Shown: one piece after another, positions 11,928 to 24,061 of the stretch | Numbering within the stretch: the stretch's first letter is position 1 | Layout of the letters: each line of letters begins with the position of its first letter | From: Adineta vaga | Lineage: Eukaryota; Animalia; Rotifera | DNA length: 64,000 nucleotides | Assembly (NCBI GenBank): GCA_021613535.1 | Contig: CP075495.1 | Location: forward strand, 2,418,001-2,482,000 | Direction: 5' to 3' | Position numbers and translations under genes: made by a program | Notes under the pieces: generated by a model | Databases searched by the model: none | What the model was told of the DNA's origin: nothing | What the model saw: the letters and a program-made list of their open reading frames with translations, nothing else

Positions 11928-14802
11928 ATGAATAGTGATATATCAAAATTAGATGAAGATAGAAATGATCGCATCTTTTTCGCTTGTACAGATAAAGCTC
12001 GTGTGTAAGCAGAAGAAATAAAAAAATGAACTCCTCTTATCAGATAAATTTTCTTTATTATCTTCAATAGAATATCCGAAATCCTTGAAGAACGTGGCTG
12101 GTCAAGAACAAAAGATCGAAATGTAACAGATTTTACTATGAAATGGTGTTTAGCGCATCAAGTTGATTGGACAAAATTTCAGGAAGGAAAACAATTGATC
12201 AATAATATACCTGGTCAATTAGCTTTTTCGGATAAAATCAATCTTTGGTATACAGTTCGTGATTATTTACAAAAACGATACACAAAAAATGGACAACATA
12301 TACAAACGTTTCTTGCAATGACATTTGTCTTAGATGATGAAAATGAAGTCGCAGAATTCCTACGTGTTTATAAAAGTATGATTTACTGTGAATTTTAAAA
12401 ACTAATTTATTTCGTTAACAAAAGATTTTATGTTCTCTTAATTTCATATGAGAATAAGACTAATAGAAAACAAAACACCCATGTCAAAGAGAGAAAATTA
12501 ATTAAAAAGTCAAATTAGTTTTTACTTTTCTCTTCAGCTAAACACAAGTACCACTATAATTATCTACATCAATAACTATTTGTTACTTTACAGACTAATG
12601 TCACTAGGTCATGGAGAACAATCGTTCTTAACTAATTTGATTTTATCTTTAGAACAAAATCGAACCTGGATATACAAACCACGTTATAATTATGCTGGTC
12701 GAGGCATAACTGTTCTCCCTGTTCATAGTGATATAAATACAATATTTAAATTAAAAATTGGTGCTAATACTCGTCCTCAATACGAACCAAGATCATCTGG
12801 CTATTTAATGCAACAGTAATGTATGAAAAAAGTTGTCTAAAACAAAACTAAGGGTTTTTTTTTCTTCTTTTTCTTTCGATCAATGTAGATATATATCTCG
12901 ACCTTTGTTGCTAAAAGGTAGAAAATTTGATATACGTGTACATTGGTTAGTTGCATGGACAAATCCTTTACTTGTTTTCTATAATCATAATGCATCTGTT
13001 GTTCGTTTATCTTTAAATCTTTATCGAGAATTTGATTGTGATCGTTCGACACATTTAACAAATTTAGTAAATTTTCAACGCAATTTAATTCAAATAATAT
13101 TTTATAATTTATATTCTTAGTCAGTACAAGAAAGTCATTCTCGTTATGCATTTTTACAAGAATCAACTGGAATGACAATCAATCAATTAAAGTGAACTTG
13201 ACAAACAAACATTTCTTTTTCTTAACTAACTATTCTGAATCTTTTTTAGTCAATATTTTAATCAATGTTTTCGACCATTTCATCCGAAACTATGTCAAGA
13301 TTGGGTAATGACAGTAATGCAAGTAAGAAAAAACTAACAAAGTCGAGTTTTATATATATATATATATACATTTTCCTCATCGAAGAACATCGACACCTTA
13401 CCTTAAGTTCCACCGAAGTCAGGCATAATAAAACTGAAATGCAGAAAATTTTGAATAATATTATCAAACAATTAGTAGATTGCTCAAGAATAATCACCTT
13501 GTCTCTTTGAAGTTTAAATGTAATTTATGAAACTGATATTCATTTCAGGGAAAGAAAACAAAAGCTTTCTACAAATAAATTAGAAATGAACTTTTAATTA
13601 GAAATGCTTTGATGAACAAAAGTGAACTTAGAATCGAAGTATTCTGTCTCGAGTGTAAATAGAGTTATTCATATATAAGAAAGAGAAAGGTAGTTTGCAT
13701 GAGAAACATAAATAGATTAAAATTTACTTGCACGTAATAAAAAATAAATCAAAAGCTTGTTTTATCCTTAAAAAAAAACTTTCTAGGAACGCATGCAAAC
13801 TATTATTCGTCATGTAATACGTGCAAGCAAAGATCAATTAGCTCGTAGTGCTGGTCAATTTGGATTTTTTGGTTGTGATTTTTTACTCGATGAAAATTTT
13901 CGTATTTGGCTTTTAGAAGTCAATGATAATCCAGGTGTTGGGTAAGATAATATTTCTCTTCGATTAGAAGAAGAATTCTTGTCTTTTTTTTTGTTTCCTT
14001 CATAGATGGGGTAATTCATTAGTAAATACAACGACAAAACCATTGATAGAAGAAACACTTAATCGTTTGCGAATGTCTTGATAAATACAAAAATAAGCAA
14101 ACTATTTTACCAATAAATTGTTTGAAAAATTATCAATTAATCTATAATGAAGATGATGATGTTAATCGTCTTCATCTGGATGATAATCAAATATTTACCG
14201 AACAATATTCCATTCGATATGCAGTCAAAGAAACGTCACCACGTAAAACACCTCGTCATGTATTACCACATATTATTAGTAGTCGAGCATCAATGTGTCA
14301 AAATGATCACATTCTTTCATCGGTGAATATCGAAAACTCATCATCTTCAAGTTTAACTCTTCATAATTCCAATGCATCACTTATAAATATTCTTCATACA
14401 ACGAATGAATCGTTAGATCATGGTGATAATATCGATATCGAAACTTCGACTAAATCAAAAAAATCAACGAAAACTTCGAAAACTAAATCTTCTTTATTAA
14501 CACCAATGAATGGTTCAACAATTCGAATAAATAAATCCAGTATTAAACGAACTCTTTCAAAAACGAATCTATCTGATATTGAACGAAAAAAACGTAGTGA
14601 ATTATTGCCAACAATTGTAGATAGAAAACGTACTGTACAGCGAAGTGAAACATTCGTTGAATCAATTGATACTAGTCGAAAAGAAAAGAAATTATCGAAT
14701 CAGAAAACTATTCTCAAAGAAGAACAACAACAACAACCAGATGACAAATATGATAATCCATTAGCAAACATCAATCCATCTAAAATTTGTACTTTAAATT
14801 AA
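11928..14802 (+). CDS. TTLL10: Tubulin-tyrosine-ligase-like protein, TTLL10-type polyglycylase (apparent frameshift at about 14060)
   Basis: Exons encode LEERGWSRTKDRNVTDFTMKWC, WIYKPRYNYAGRGI, YISRPLLLKGRKFDIR, HLTN and FFGCDFLLDENFRIWLLEVNDNP (TTL ATP-grasp). The GW..D.T.KWC N-terminal block resembles TTLL10. The start codon is uncertain. Confidence 0.75.
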
Positions 14803-14862
14803 TAAATCTAGTACTTTTTTTTATTTTTTTTAAGAAACAAAAGTGTTTTTTTTTAATTCTCT

Positions 14863-17550
14863 CTAATCGATGATTAATGATGCTAATAATAAATCAGTGA
14901 GATTACGTTCATTTTGAAATGCTTGAAAATTTTCCATTTTTAATAAACGATAAGCTTCAGATTTTGTTGTTGGAGCAACTTTTCGCATGATTGTTGGAAC
15001 TTGCTTGAATATATCAAGATACGATGTTAATTCACATTGAAAACGATTCTTTATGGAATCATTTGAATGAATATAATTGGAATTCAATAAAGAAAATGAT
15101 TGAAAATCAAGTTTAGATAAAATATATTTGACAAGTAATTGAACTTCATTCAAATTTCTAAAAATAGAAATCTTTCATCTAACGCTTTTTCAGGTAATCT
15201 GTCATTTAATTAAAAGTTGTAAATGACATGATCCGAGACGGACTCGAAGAAACATTTATGCATAATTACAATTCTTTCAGTAATATTGATAACAGATTGT
15301 TTTTCTCATAGAACAAAGAAATCAAATTTCTTATACTTACTCCGCATAGAAATGTACAATTAGATCATTATCTTCAATAAAATGAATCATAGCATGTTCA
15401 AAAATATTTCCTTGATTAACACGTATATAACCATTTGGTATTGTAATCAATTGTTTAAAACCCATATTCATTAATAATTGTTGAAAATATTCAATAAAAC
15501 GAATTGTTGATGTGCTCTGAATATTTATATCGAAACGAGATAATGTACTGCAATAAATAAGAGCTTGTCGATATTTAAAATGATAAACTAAAAGAACGAA
15601 GAAAGAATAGATTAATTCAATGAAAAATATCTATGACAAACTTGGTTCCATTTCTAATGCATTCATGTTTAATATTCGTTCATGATTTGGATTAATCAAA
15701 TCGTCTAAGGATATGATCAATGTACTAACACGATAGAGTTTTTGATTATCATTAATGAATAAATAAAGTTCTATGTCAATATTTTGATCTAATTCAATGA
15801 ATGTTGTTAAAATAAATGTTAAAGATGAATTAGAATTCAAACGAAATGTCACTTGTTCATTTGTTAAGGTTTGTAACGTAGGTTTTAAATCAAAAATTTT
15901 GATTTTATTTGAATATTTATCAATACCAAATAGATTTACCGATAATTGATCATCTCTAATTGAGAAAACAAAAAAAATCCAAATGATCAAAATAAATAAA
16001 TGAAACATTTACTTGCTGATATTTTTAATTGTTACATAGACGAACATCTTTCGTCGATAGATAAACCAATTTAGTTCAGTCATTTGTAGAATTGAAGAAG
16101 AAATAAGTAATTGATTCGATTGCATCGGATAAGTATTTATATTTAAATTAGGTATATAATTTTGTTGATTTATCTTACGAATATCATTTTCAATTTGTTT
16201 ACATTGAACATATCCTTCATGAATAATATAATCAGCATTCTAAAATTTATAAAGATTAGTTGTTTTTTTTTTGAATTCATTCATTATTTTCTTACGATAA
16301 TCTTTTTTCGAAGAATATCTTGTACTATTGCAAGACTATGATGAACATCGACATCATCTGTATCCATTGATAAATGTTTTTCTTCAATCTAAATAATAAT
16401 CATAATTATAAATCTTTTGGAATAGTTTTTGAAGAATCTTACAAACATTGTAATCATACTCGGATTCTTGTTGATAAACATGTATTTGTGAGAAATCAGT
16501 TAGAATGAAATCATTGAAATTAAAATTATTCTTAAGAAATAAAATTTGTTTCCATCCAATTTGACTGAAATCATCAAATAGAAGATGATCACCTGTTTCA
16601 TGTGCATTTGTAAATGAATTTAATGTAAAATCTTCATTATATTGATAAATATCTATTGATTGAAGATCTTTATTCATAAATAAAAATAATTGTTCATTTT
16701 CAATTGTTTGATACGAAAAGATTGAATGAAAAGGATTATTCATGGAAATTTCATGTATGATAATTCCATTATGACAAGATAATATTCGATAATCTTTACT
16801 ACATAGAATCAAATCACCGAGAATTGAACAAGTTTTTAATTGAAGTTTATGTTTGATAACATAGAGATGTTCAATATTATCAATATGAGAGATGGGAATG
16901 AATTTATCTGTTTGAAATGAAAGTAATGGTGTAGATAATGAGAGAGAATTTCCATAATAAACCTAAAGATAAACCGAAATCATATCGAAAGATTTTTTTA
17001 CAAAAGATAAGTTTTACCTTAATGCGTTTTTCATTAGTAGTAGAATCGATTTCATTGCCCATTAACCAATAATAATTATCTTTTAGATAACAATATATAT
17101 AGGTTAATAATGAACATGAAATAAATTCAATCTTTTTTTGACATTTCATTTTTTGATTATCAATTAGATAAAAACCATTTGGACATTTCTCTTCGTCAAT
17201 AAATAAACTCATGGATGAATTAGTTCCAAGAAATTTCGTTGAACCATGAAGTGATAAAGTGTAAAGTATATGACATAACCATGGACGTGATTGGAATTGA
17301 AGACACATTAAAATTGAACTATTCGATGTGAGAAGTTGTAAAAGAACGAGAAGACCTTTATCAATTAAACATGAATCAACAATTCTACATTGTGATGATT
17401 TCGTAGTTGTCGATGGTATTAATGATTTTTCAATCGAATTGGTAAATCGTTCGGTGGAAGTTTCATAATTGAAGATATCTATTTGAACATAACCGGTACC
17501 ATTTATTTGAAACCGAAGAATCAACCAGCATAAGCCAAAATATTCAACAT
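14863..17550 (-). CDS. FANCB: Fanconi anemia group B-like protein (apparent 1-nt frameshift at about 17523)
   Basis: The N-terminus ILAYAG-LILRFQ...FNYETSTERF parallels human LLCYNGEVLVFQL...FDRGTKVF. Internal LLFDDFSQIGWKQILFL parallels LIDDFIGSGTEQVLLLF. A helical/coiled segment and beta-rich region follow. About 7 exons. Confidence 0.65.
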
Positions 17551-17996
17551 TGTTTTTTTACAATAAAAAAAAAGTCTTCTAGAATTCAGAGAGAGATATA
17601 CAAGAATATGACATTCATTTCATTTATTCAAAAGACATGCAGGATATTCTAATACAATCATACACATTTAAGAACACTTGTATATTTTGCTTCATAGAAA
17701 CTCTGAATAGTACTGATGTATATAATCATTCTCAACAAATTCTGAATATATATATATGATTTGCTAATGTTTTTTGTTTTCATACTTGTGATAGGAAAGA
17801 AAAAGCGATCTGGAAAATATCAAGATATTTTACTGTTGTTCGTATATCGGGATGGAATTTTTCACCCATATGTTTCTTTTTTTTATTTTGTTGTCTTTAA
17901 AAGATGTTATAAAAAAGACACATTTTCAGATGTTTCATACAAAACAAAGCGAAAAAAAAGTGAAGAATAATGGATATTCATTGAAATATGTTGTTT

Positions 17997-18577
17997 TTAT
18001 TCTTCATCTTCGTCTTCACGTTTCTTGAACATATATGTTACACAACATTTACCACAATAATTACGATCATGATGTGCAGCCATAAATACTCCGGCACCAC
18101 ATTGTTTCGATGGACATTCCCGACGTAAACGACGGATTTTGCCGGTATCTTCCACCTAAGAAAGATTTCATAGAAATTTTTCATTCATTTATATTATTAC
18201 TTTATAATATTTGAGAACAGCCAATTTGACTTTCTTGTGTTTATGTTTGTTTTTCTTTGGTGTATTATATGATTTCTTCTTTCGTTTCTTACCACCACCT
18301 TCAAGATCGAGTAAAACATAGAGTGTACTTTCCTCTTCAACACGACATTCAGTGAGTGTTAATTCATCATCTAATGTAATGCCACCTAATGTTAAACGTT
18401 GTTCATCAACAGGAATGCCTTTTGAAAACCAAACGAGAGATACATTCAATTTTAATGATTCATTTTTCATTTACCTTCACGTTGTTCAACAAGTTCTTTA
18501 ACATCATTGACTGTGTCATCAGATTGAACATCGAATGTCAATGTTCGATCATCCAGAGTACGCACAAAGATTTGCAT
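17997..18577 (-). CDS. RPS27A: Ubiquitin-like domain fused to 40S ribosomal protein eS31/S27a
   Basis: 3 exons. A 76-aa UBL ending LDLEGG is followed by [31 protein letters not shown] and the C4 zinc finger [26 protein letters not shown]. Confidence 0.95.
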
Positions 18578-18757
18578 GGCTGCTGCAAATAACGAAAATC
18601 TGAAATTCAAAAGAACAAATGAATGTGAATTTAATGGAACAACAATACTAAGTGAAAATTAATCTTTGTAAGGAATATCAGTATAAAAATTTAATGACTA
18701 AATTTAAATTTCTGATTTGCGTATTTTGTTTTTCAATTAAAACTATGAATATATATA

Positions 18758-20427
18758 TCAGTCTTGTTTGATTGATTGTTTTGTTCGTTTTATTTCACTT
18801 TGTCGATAATTAGCATCAAGTTGACAAACAAAGTCAATTAAACCATTGGCAAATGAATCCATTATTGAATGAAATATACATACTAGTACAACATAGAATT
18901 TTATTTTGATATATGCATATATACAATATGACCAGAAGAGAATAAATAAAGACCATAGAAGAAAGACGAAACGACGTTTAAAACGTATTTTTGATTCAAT
19001 ATCTTCATTATTGAAACGATTGCTTTGCAAATCAAATTGATTCGTTTGATAAAATCTAATGAATAAAACATAGTTTTAATTCAATCGAAAATCTTTTGTA
19101 TCTTCTTACTCTTTCAATCGAGTTTCTTTTTCATCCCAACGATTTTCAAGCCATTGACCAATTTCTTCATCAGTTTTATGTATATCATTTATCATATAAC
19201 GTTTAACATGAAAATGAACTGTTTTTGGAATACGACCATTTAATAAATCGATTTCTCGTTCGGGAATATGCCCTTCGTAACCTACAGTTACATCATCAAC
19301 TGCATCGAGAATTTCATCTAAATAGAATGAAAATAGATTAAGAAAAATAACTTATTCAATTTTCTTTCTTTAGATTTCTCTACCAACCTGATTGCATGGT
19401 TTTTAATAGATAAATAAATCCATTTAAACGTGGATGAAGACAATATTCATAAGGTCGATTGAAAGTCGTCTGTTTAGCAGCATAATCATTACTTTTTTGT
19501 TTAGTAACAGGTGTAAAATTGGTACCTTCAGGAAAGATTAATAACTAAAATATAATATAAATTGTAATGATAGAAATATGCTTTCGTAGTAACTATTGTC
19601 TCATTATTTAAATACGAAATGATCTGTACATGTTATCTTGAACAATATTAATTATAGAAAAGAAATTGATATTGCTAGATTAAACATCTCTTTTTACTAT
19701 TTCTATTCGATAGAGAGCAGCTAAGCATTGATTTGCTTGTATCTTCATGAAAATCGAATAGAACTTATGTTTGATTTCGTTTTCGAATACATACTGAAAG
19801 TGGTGCTTGGCAGGATTTATAATATCCACTGAGATCTTTTATTGTAGTTTGATCTTTTTCCCAAATACGATCAAGAAATAGATAGGCAGCATGTTGCATA
19901 GCCCAACCTAAATTAATTAGATAGTATCGATCTTTTCTCTTTCTTCAATTTATTTACCTGGACCAGGAACACGTTTGAGATCAGCTTTGAGAACAATTTT
20001 TAAATGTTCTAAAATTTCAAAACGACTATGTAACATCCATATAAACATCCAATCAAGTCTTGTACGATGATTTAATATAATTAATGAACGTTTTTTATCT
20101 TTGGTCAGATCATCACCGGTAACAATAATTTTCATTCCAATTAAATCTTCCAAAAGACACTATAATAAAACAAAATTAGACGAACTTTTTTCAAGTCAAG
20201 AAGACCCTTCGATATCATACAGTAACCATCAGAAGATAGTAACCCATTGCCATCGAACACCATCGAAAATATAAACGTCGATTAAGAAATATTAATGGCA
20301 CAGCAGGTGTTTGAGCAAAAACCACACCAAAAAAGGCAGCAATTGCCATGATGACATAAAAAATTAATACTTTTAAAGAGTTAATTAAAGGCAACATTGT
20401 TGTTAAAATTTGGATGTATTTAACCAT
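18758..20427 (-). CDS. LCLAT1: Lysocardiolipin/lysophospholipid acyltransferase (AGPAT family)
   Basis: Motifs NHRTRLDW (HX4D), GWAMQHAAYLFLDR, LIFPEGT, CLHPR and DAVDDVTVGY, plus a C-terminal TM segment. The start could be the ATG at 20427 or at 20397. Confidence 0.85.
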
Positions 20428-20754
20428 TTCATCCAATCTATATTTTCTATTTGTTTATAAAACATTTCTTTTTCGTAATAAACTATGGTTTTTTATGGAC
20501 CAATCATATGACTTTTTTCTATTAAATTCTTCCTTCTTCGAGAATATAGTTGAACATATTTTTGAATGAAACTAAAAATTTATTTTATATATTTTTATTC
20601 AATAATTTGGAAGGAAAATGAATAAAATTTTACAATTATTAATGCATTTTGAAGAATAAAAGAGGAATTGTGTTGTCATATGATTCGTTTATAGAAGCAA
20701 CAAATCAAATGAGCTTTTCTGAAGTAGAGTATTGTGTATCAGTAGAGCAAGGTT

Positions 20755-20767
20755 GATGACACGTCTC
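20755..20767. promoter_or_regulatory. XBP1/CREB3-like element upstream of MCFD2
   Basis: GATGACACGTCTC resembles the TG(C/A)CACGTCA consensus and lies about 22 nt before the ATG of an ER cargo-receptor gene. Confidence 0.3.
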
Positions 20768-20788
20768 ATTTTATAAATCGTATTTATT

Positions 20789-21333
20789 ATGTATAATATA
20801 CGTGTGGCTCTGATTGTTTTGTTTGCATTGACCTATCGAATCGATGCACACGGTCAACATGGTGCTGTTGGTAGTCAACCGCAAGGGGGACCTGGACAAC
20901 CACATGTTGCACGAAAAATGGAAGATTATGTGCATGATATGGAGTAAATAATTCATTTTTTTAGTCTTACAATATAATATATTATACATTTTTATTTAGT
21001 CATATTCGACATGATCTCGAAGGACAAATAAATAAACCGAAAGAACAAATGACACCAGAAGAGCAAAATTTCTATTATTTTAAATTACACGATACAAACA
21101 ATGATAATCGTTTAGATGGTTTAGAAATTGTTGCTGCTTTTGATCATGTACATCAAGAAGAAAATACTAATAATTCCACAACTGTTCAACCACCTACACC
21201 TCATGAACGACTTGCTGATGAAGAACTTATACGTCTTGTTGATGATATACTCAAAGAGGAAGATCGTGATCGTGATGGATATATCAGTTATGAAGAATTT
21301 AAAAGAGCTATTGAAGGCAATACTAATTCCTAA
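20789..21333 (+). CDS. MCFD2: MCFD2-like ER/ERGIC EF-hand protein
   Basis: Signal peptide MYNIRVALIVLFALTYRIDA, one intron (20944-20999), then MTPEEQNFYYFKLHDTNNDNRLDGLE and a second EF-hand DRDRDGYISYEEF. Confidence 0.9.
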
Positions 21334-21949
21334 GGTTATGATAGAATGAAAAAAGCAGTGTAGCTCTTTTAATTGATTTGAAAAGCAATACATTCCTATC
21401 GACGACGAAAAAGATTTTTATTTTATTCCGCTAGTTAGAGATTAAGAAATTTTTGTTTCTATTCTTGTTGTTTTTATTTTAATGTTTCTCATTCATGTTG
21501 TTGATCTGTTGTTAGTTTTGTTGTGTAACGCTTTGTTTAGTTATATGTCAATATCTAAATCAAACAACTAAGTTTTCAAATAAAATCAAAATTTATTCAT
21601 GATCATACAATTTTGGTCTTGTCAGAACTATAAAAGAATACTGAACAAAAATGATTGAACATGAAAATTACACGTATTTTTTCATATATGTACAAGTAAT
21701 TTTAATCAGTTCTTCTGTTTGAGAATTTCTCCAAATTAAAACGTAATATTTTCGAGTATTTGAAGACATTATTGAGCACTGAAAAAACGATACGATGATA
21801 TACACAATATAAATAACGTTTTCATAAAAATATTCATAGAATAATTAATTAAATAATCTTTAAAAATTGTTTATAACCGCATAAAATACGAAGACTCAAG
21901 GTTTGATCTTGTTCTAGACTGTCTTAAATATATTTTGATATAATATTTT

Positions 21950-23320
21950 TCTGTTCCATGTGGAATAGACAATTAGTTTGAAATTAATTATATATCGGAC
22001 GGACGATAGAAGAAAAACTTCACGTGGTTCTAGTTATACAATTTACCAATCATTTTCAAACATGTTTGACTGTGCACAATGTTTTTCGACTTATAATAGA
22101 ATTTCATAGAGCATTCTTTGCTACAAACCAGGACCAGAGCGTAAATTAATCACACAGTATTATAAATCTATTAGCGAACTGCTCGTATTCGTCGATATTG
22201 ATTACAAACATGATCTCATATTGTTTTTGGAGTGATTAAATAAAACTACAACAGTCTTATTCTGATCGCTTCCAGTAAACAGAGTATATACATCTAATGA
22301 AAAGTCACCACTCAAGAGACTTAACAACATAATACCATCCAGAAAAGTAACCGTTTTGAAGGAGAATACAGTCCGTTTACGAGGCCGTAAAACTGCGCCG
22401 GTGATTACAGGCTGAAACGGCCCTATTACTGCCGTAAAAGTACCGTTTTATCACAGTTTATGTCCCGAGAACGCATTGTAAACGGCTCCATTTTGATTGG
22501 CCTGGACAGTTCGGATATTTTTTATTTTCTGTTACCTTCTAGTTTATTTGAAACATCAGACACTGACGATTATTTCATCAAATACCATATGATTGAATCT
22601 AATGGATGTTCATAATCGGCATAAAAGATATCATCGACATATCGAAGGAGTGGATAAAACAAAAACAACATGTTCTTTAATTTTCTAATCGTTTCAAACT
22701 CAGTTTGTATTATTGATAATACCCCTTACCCTTATTATAGTTATATAAAAGCTGTATCAATAAACAATGATCAAATGCTTATGTCTTCAATTATATATTA
22801 CTGATATTGTGATCGTTCGTATGTTTTTTCGAAAACGAAGCTGAGATGCCTTTTTTAAAAAAAGATTATAAAAAAACAACTCTTATATACTTATCGGCTT
22901 CTCTTTGGTTGTAAGATATCCGTAGTGCTCATATAAATCGTTCAAAGTTGATCTTTTGATATCGGATCCTAAATTTTTACGACAAGAAAATACCGTTATA
23001 AAGATTACTAATTATATATTCACCAGTCACACACTATTAGACCACTAGTTCTTAGTTCCAGAAACAAAGTATATCAATGATGAAAACGTCCTCAAACTAG
23101 ATGATACCAAGATAAAACAATATATCATTTTTTTCTTGTCCTGCGCTCTGCTTACCCCAAAACTCAAGATGAAGAAGCGTCTCACCTGTGCGATACAAAA
23201 GGATGCTTATAAAACGAACACATCTGCCCGAAACAATTGCAAAGATCTTACATGCAACGAAATTGATGACGCTTATAATACTGCTAGTGCTAGTAAAATA
23301 CTTATTGATAAATCTTAATT
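21950..23320 (+). mobile_element. Highly decayed piggyBac-like transposase relic
   Basis: Collinear broken motifs: FEI.Y (about 21978), W-S-D/N-K (about 22228), YHRHIEGVDKTKTTCSL (22629-22679, compare YN.xMGGVD..D..CSLY), NAYV (about 22775) and a Cys-containing KKR..C...NCKDLTC tail (23172-23260). Many stops and shifts. No TIRs seen. Confidence 0.35.
22338..22506. repeat. GC-richer interspersed repeat fragment (MITE-like)
   Basis: Locally raised GC with about 7 copies of CCGT(T/A)/AAACGG, ending in AAACGGCTCCATTTTGATTGGCCTGG. It interrupts the putative transposase relic. Confidence 0.4.
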
Positions 23321-24061
23321 ATATTGACAAATCATATGCTTAACTTTTTGCATTGACTCTCATGGATCAAGCATCATTAATGGGACTATAATATAATGGC
23401 ACAAAAATTGTAAAATGTATTTATTTGTAATAACTTAGTATCGAGCTTTATCAAAACGGATTATGATATTAAAAAAAGAATCTAACGTTTGATTTGAGAA
23501 TCTAAATCTATTCTGTTTTCAGTCGAATTTTATCAAGATATCAGTTTTTCAGTTTATATATTTTTGATTTGTTCTTTTTTATATAATATAACTTGCGTTT
23601 GTCAATGAATAAAATAAACATGTATATCATGATGGAAAAAAACGAATAAAAATCTTTAAAAAAACTGGTATCTGTTCTCATTAGGATATTTTCTTCAACG
23701 AAACTCAGTTAATAGAAACGTTTGAAGAAGGAAAATTAATTTAGATTCACTATTCCACCAAAATTTTTACCAGTTCGAAATCTGAAATTTGTTATAGAAT
23801 CATGTTAGATTTTTTATGTTAAGTTCATGTCTCGTTTTAACCAGACGATTATGTGTATACCAAATTATTTGCGAAAATGATTCAAAAATGAAAATAGTTG
23901 TAAGTGCATGTATATATATATATATAATTGAATGTCATATAATACGACAATTCAAACGAAACAAAACATCCACACATACAAAACAATAAAAACATGTCTA
24001 TCACTTGTTATGCAGCTCTTAATACATTTTATTCAGGGACAAAAAACACATTTCGTTGTTT

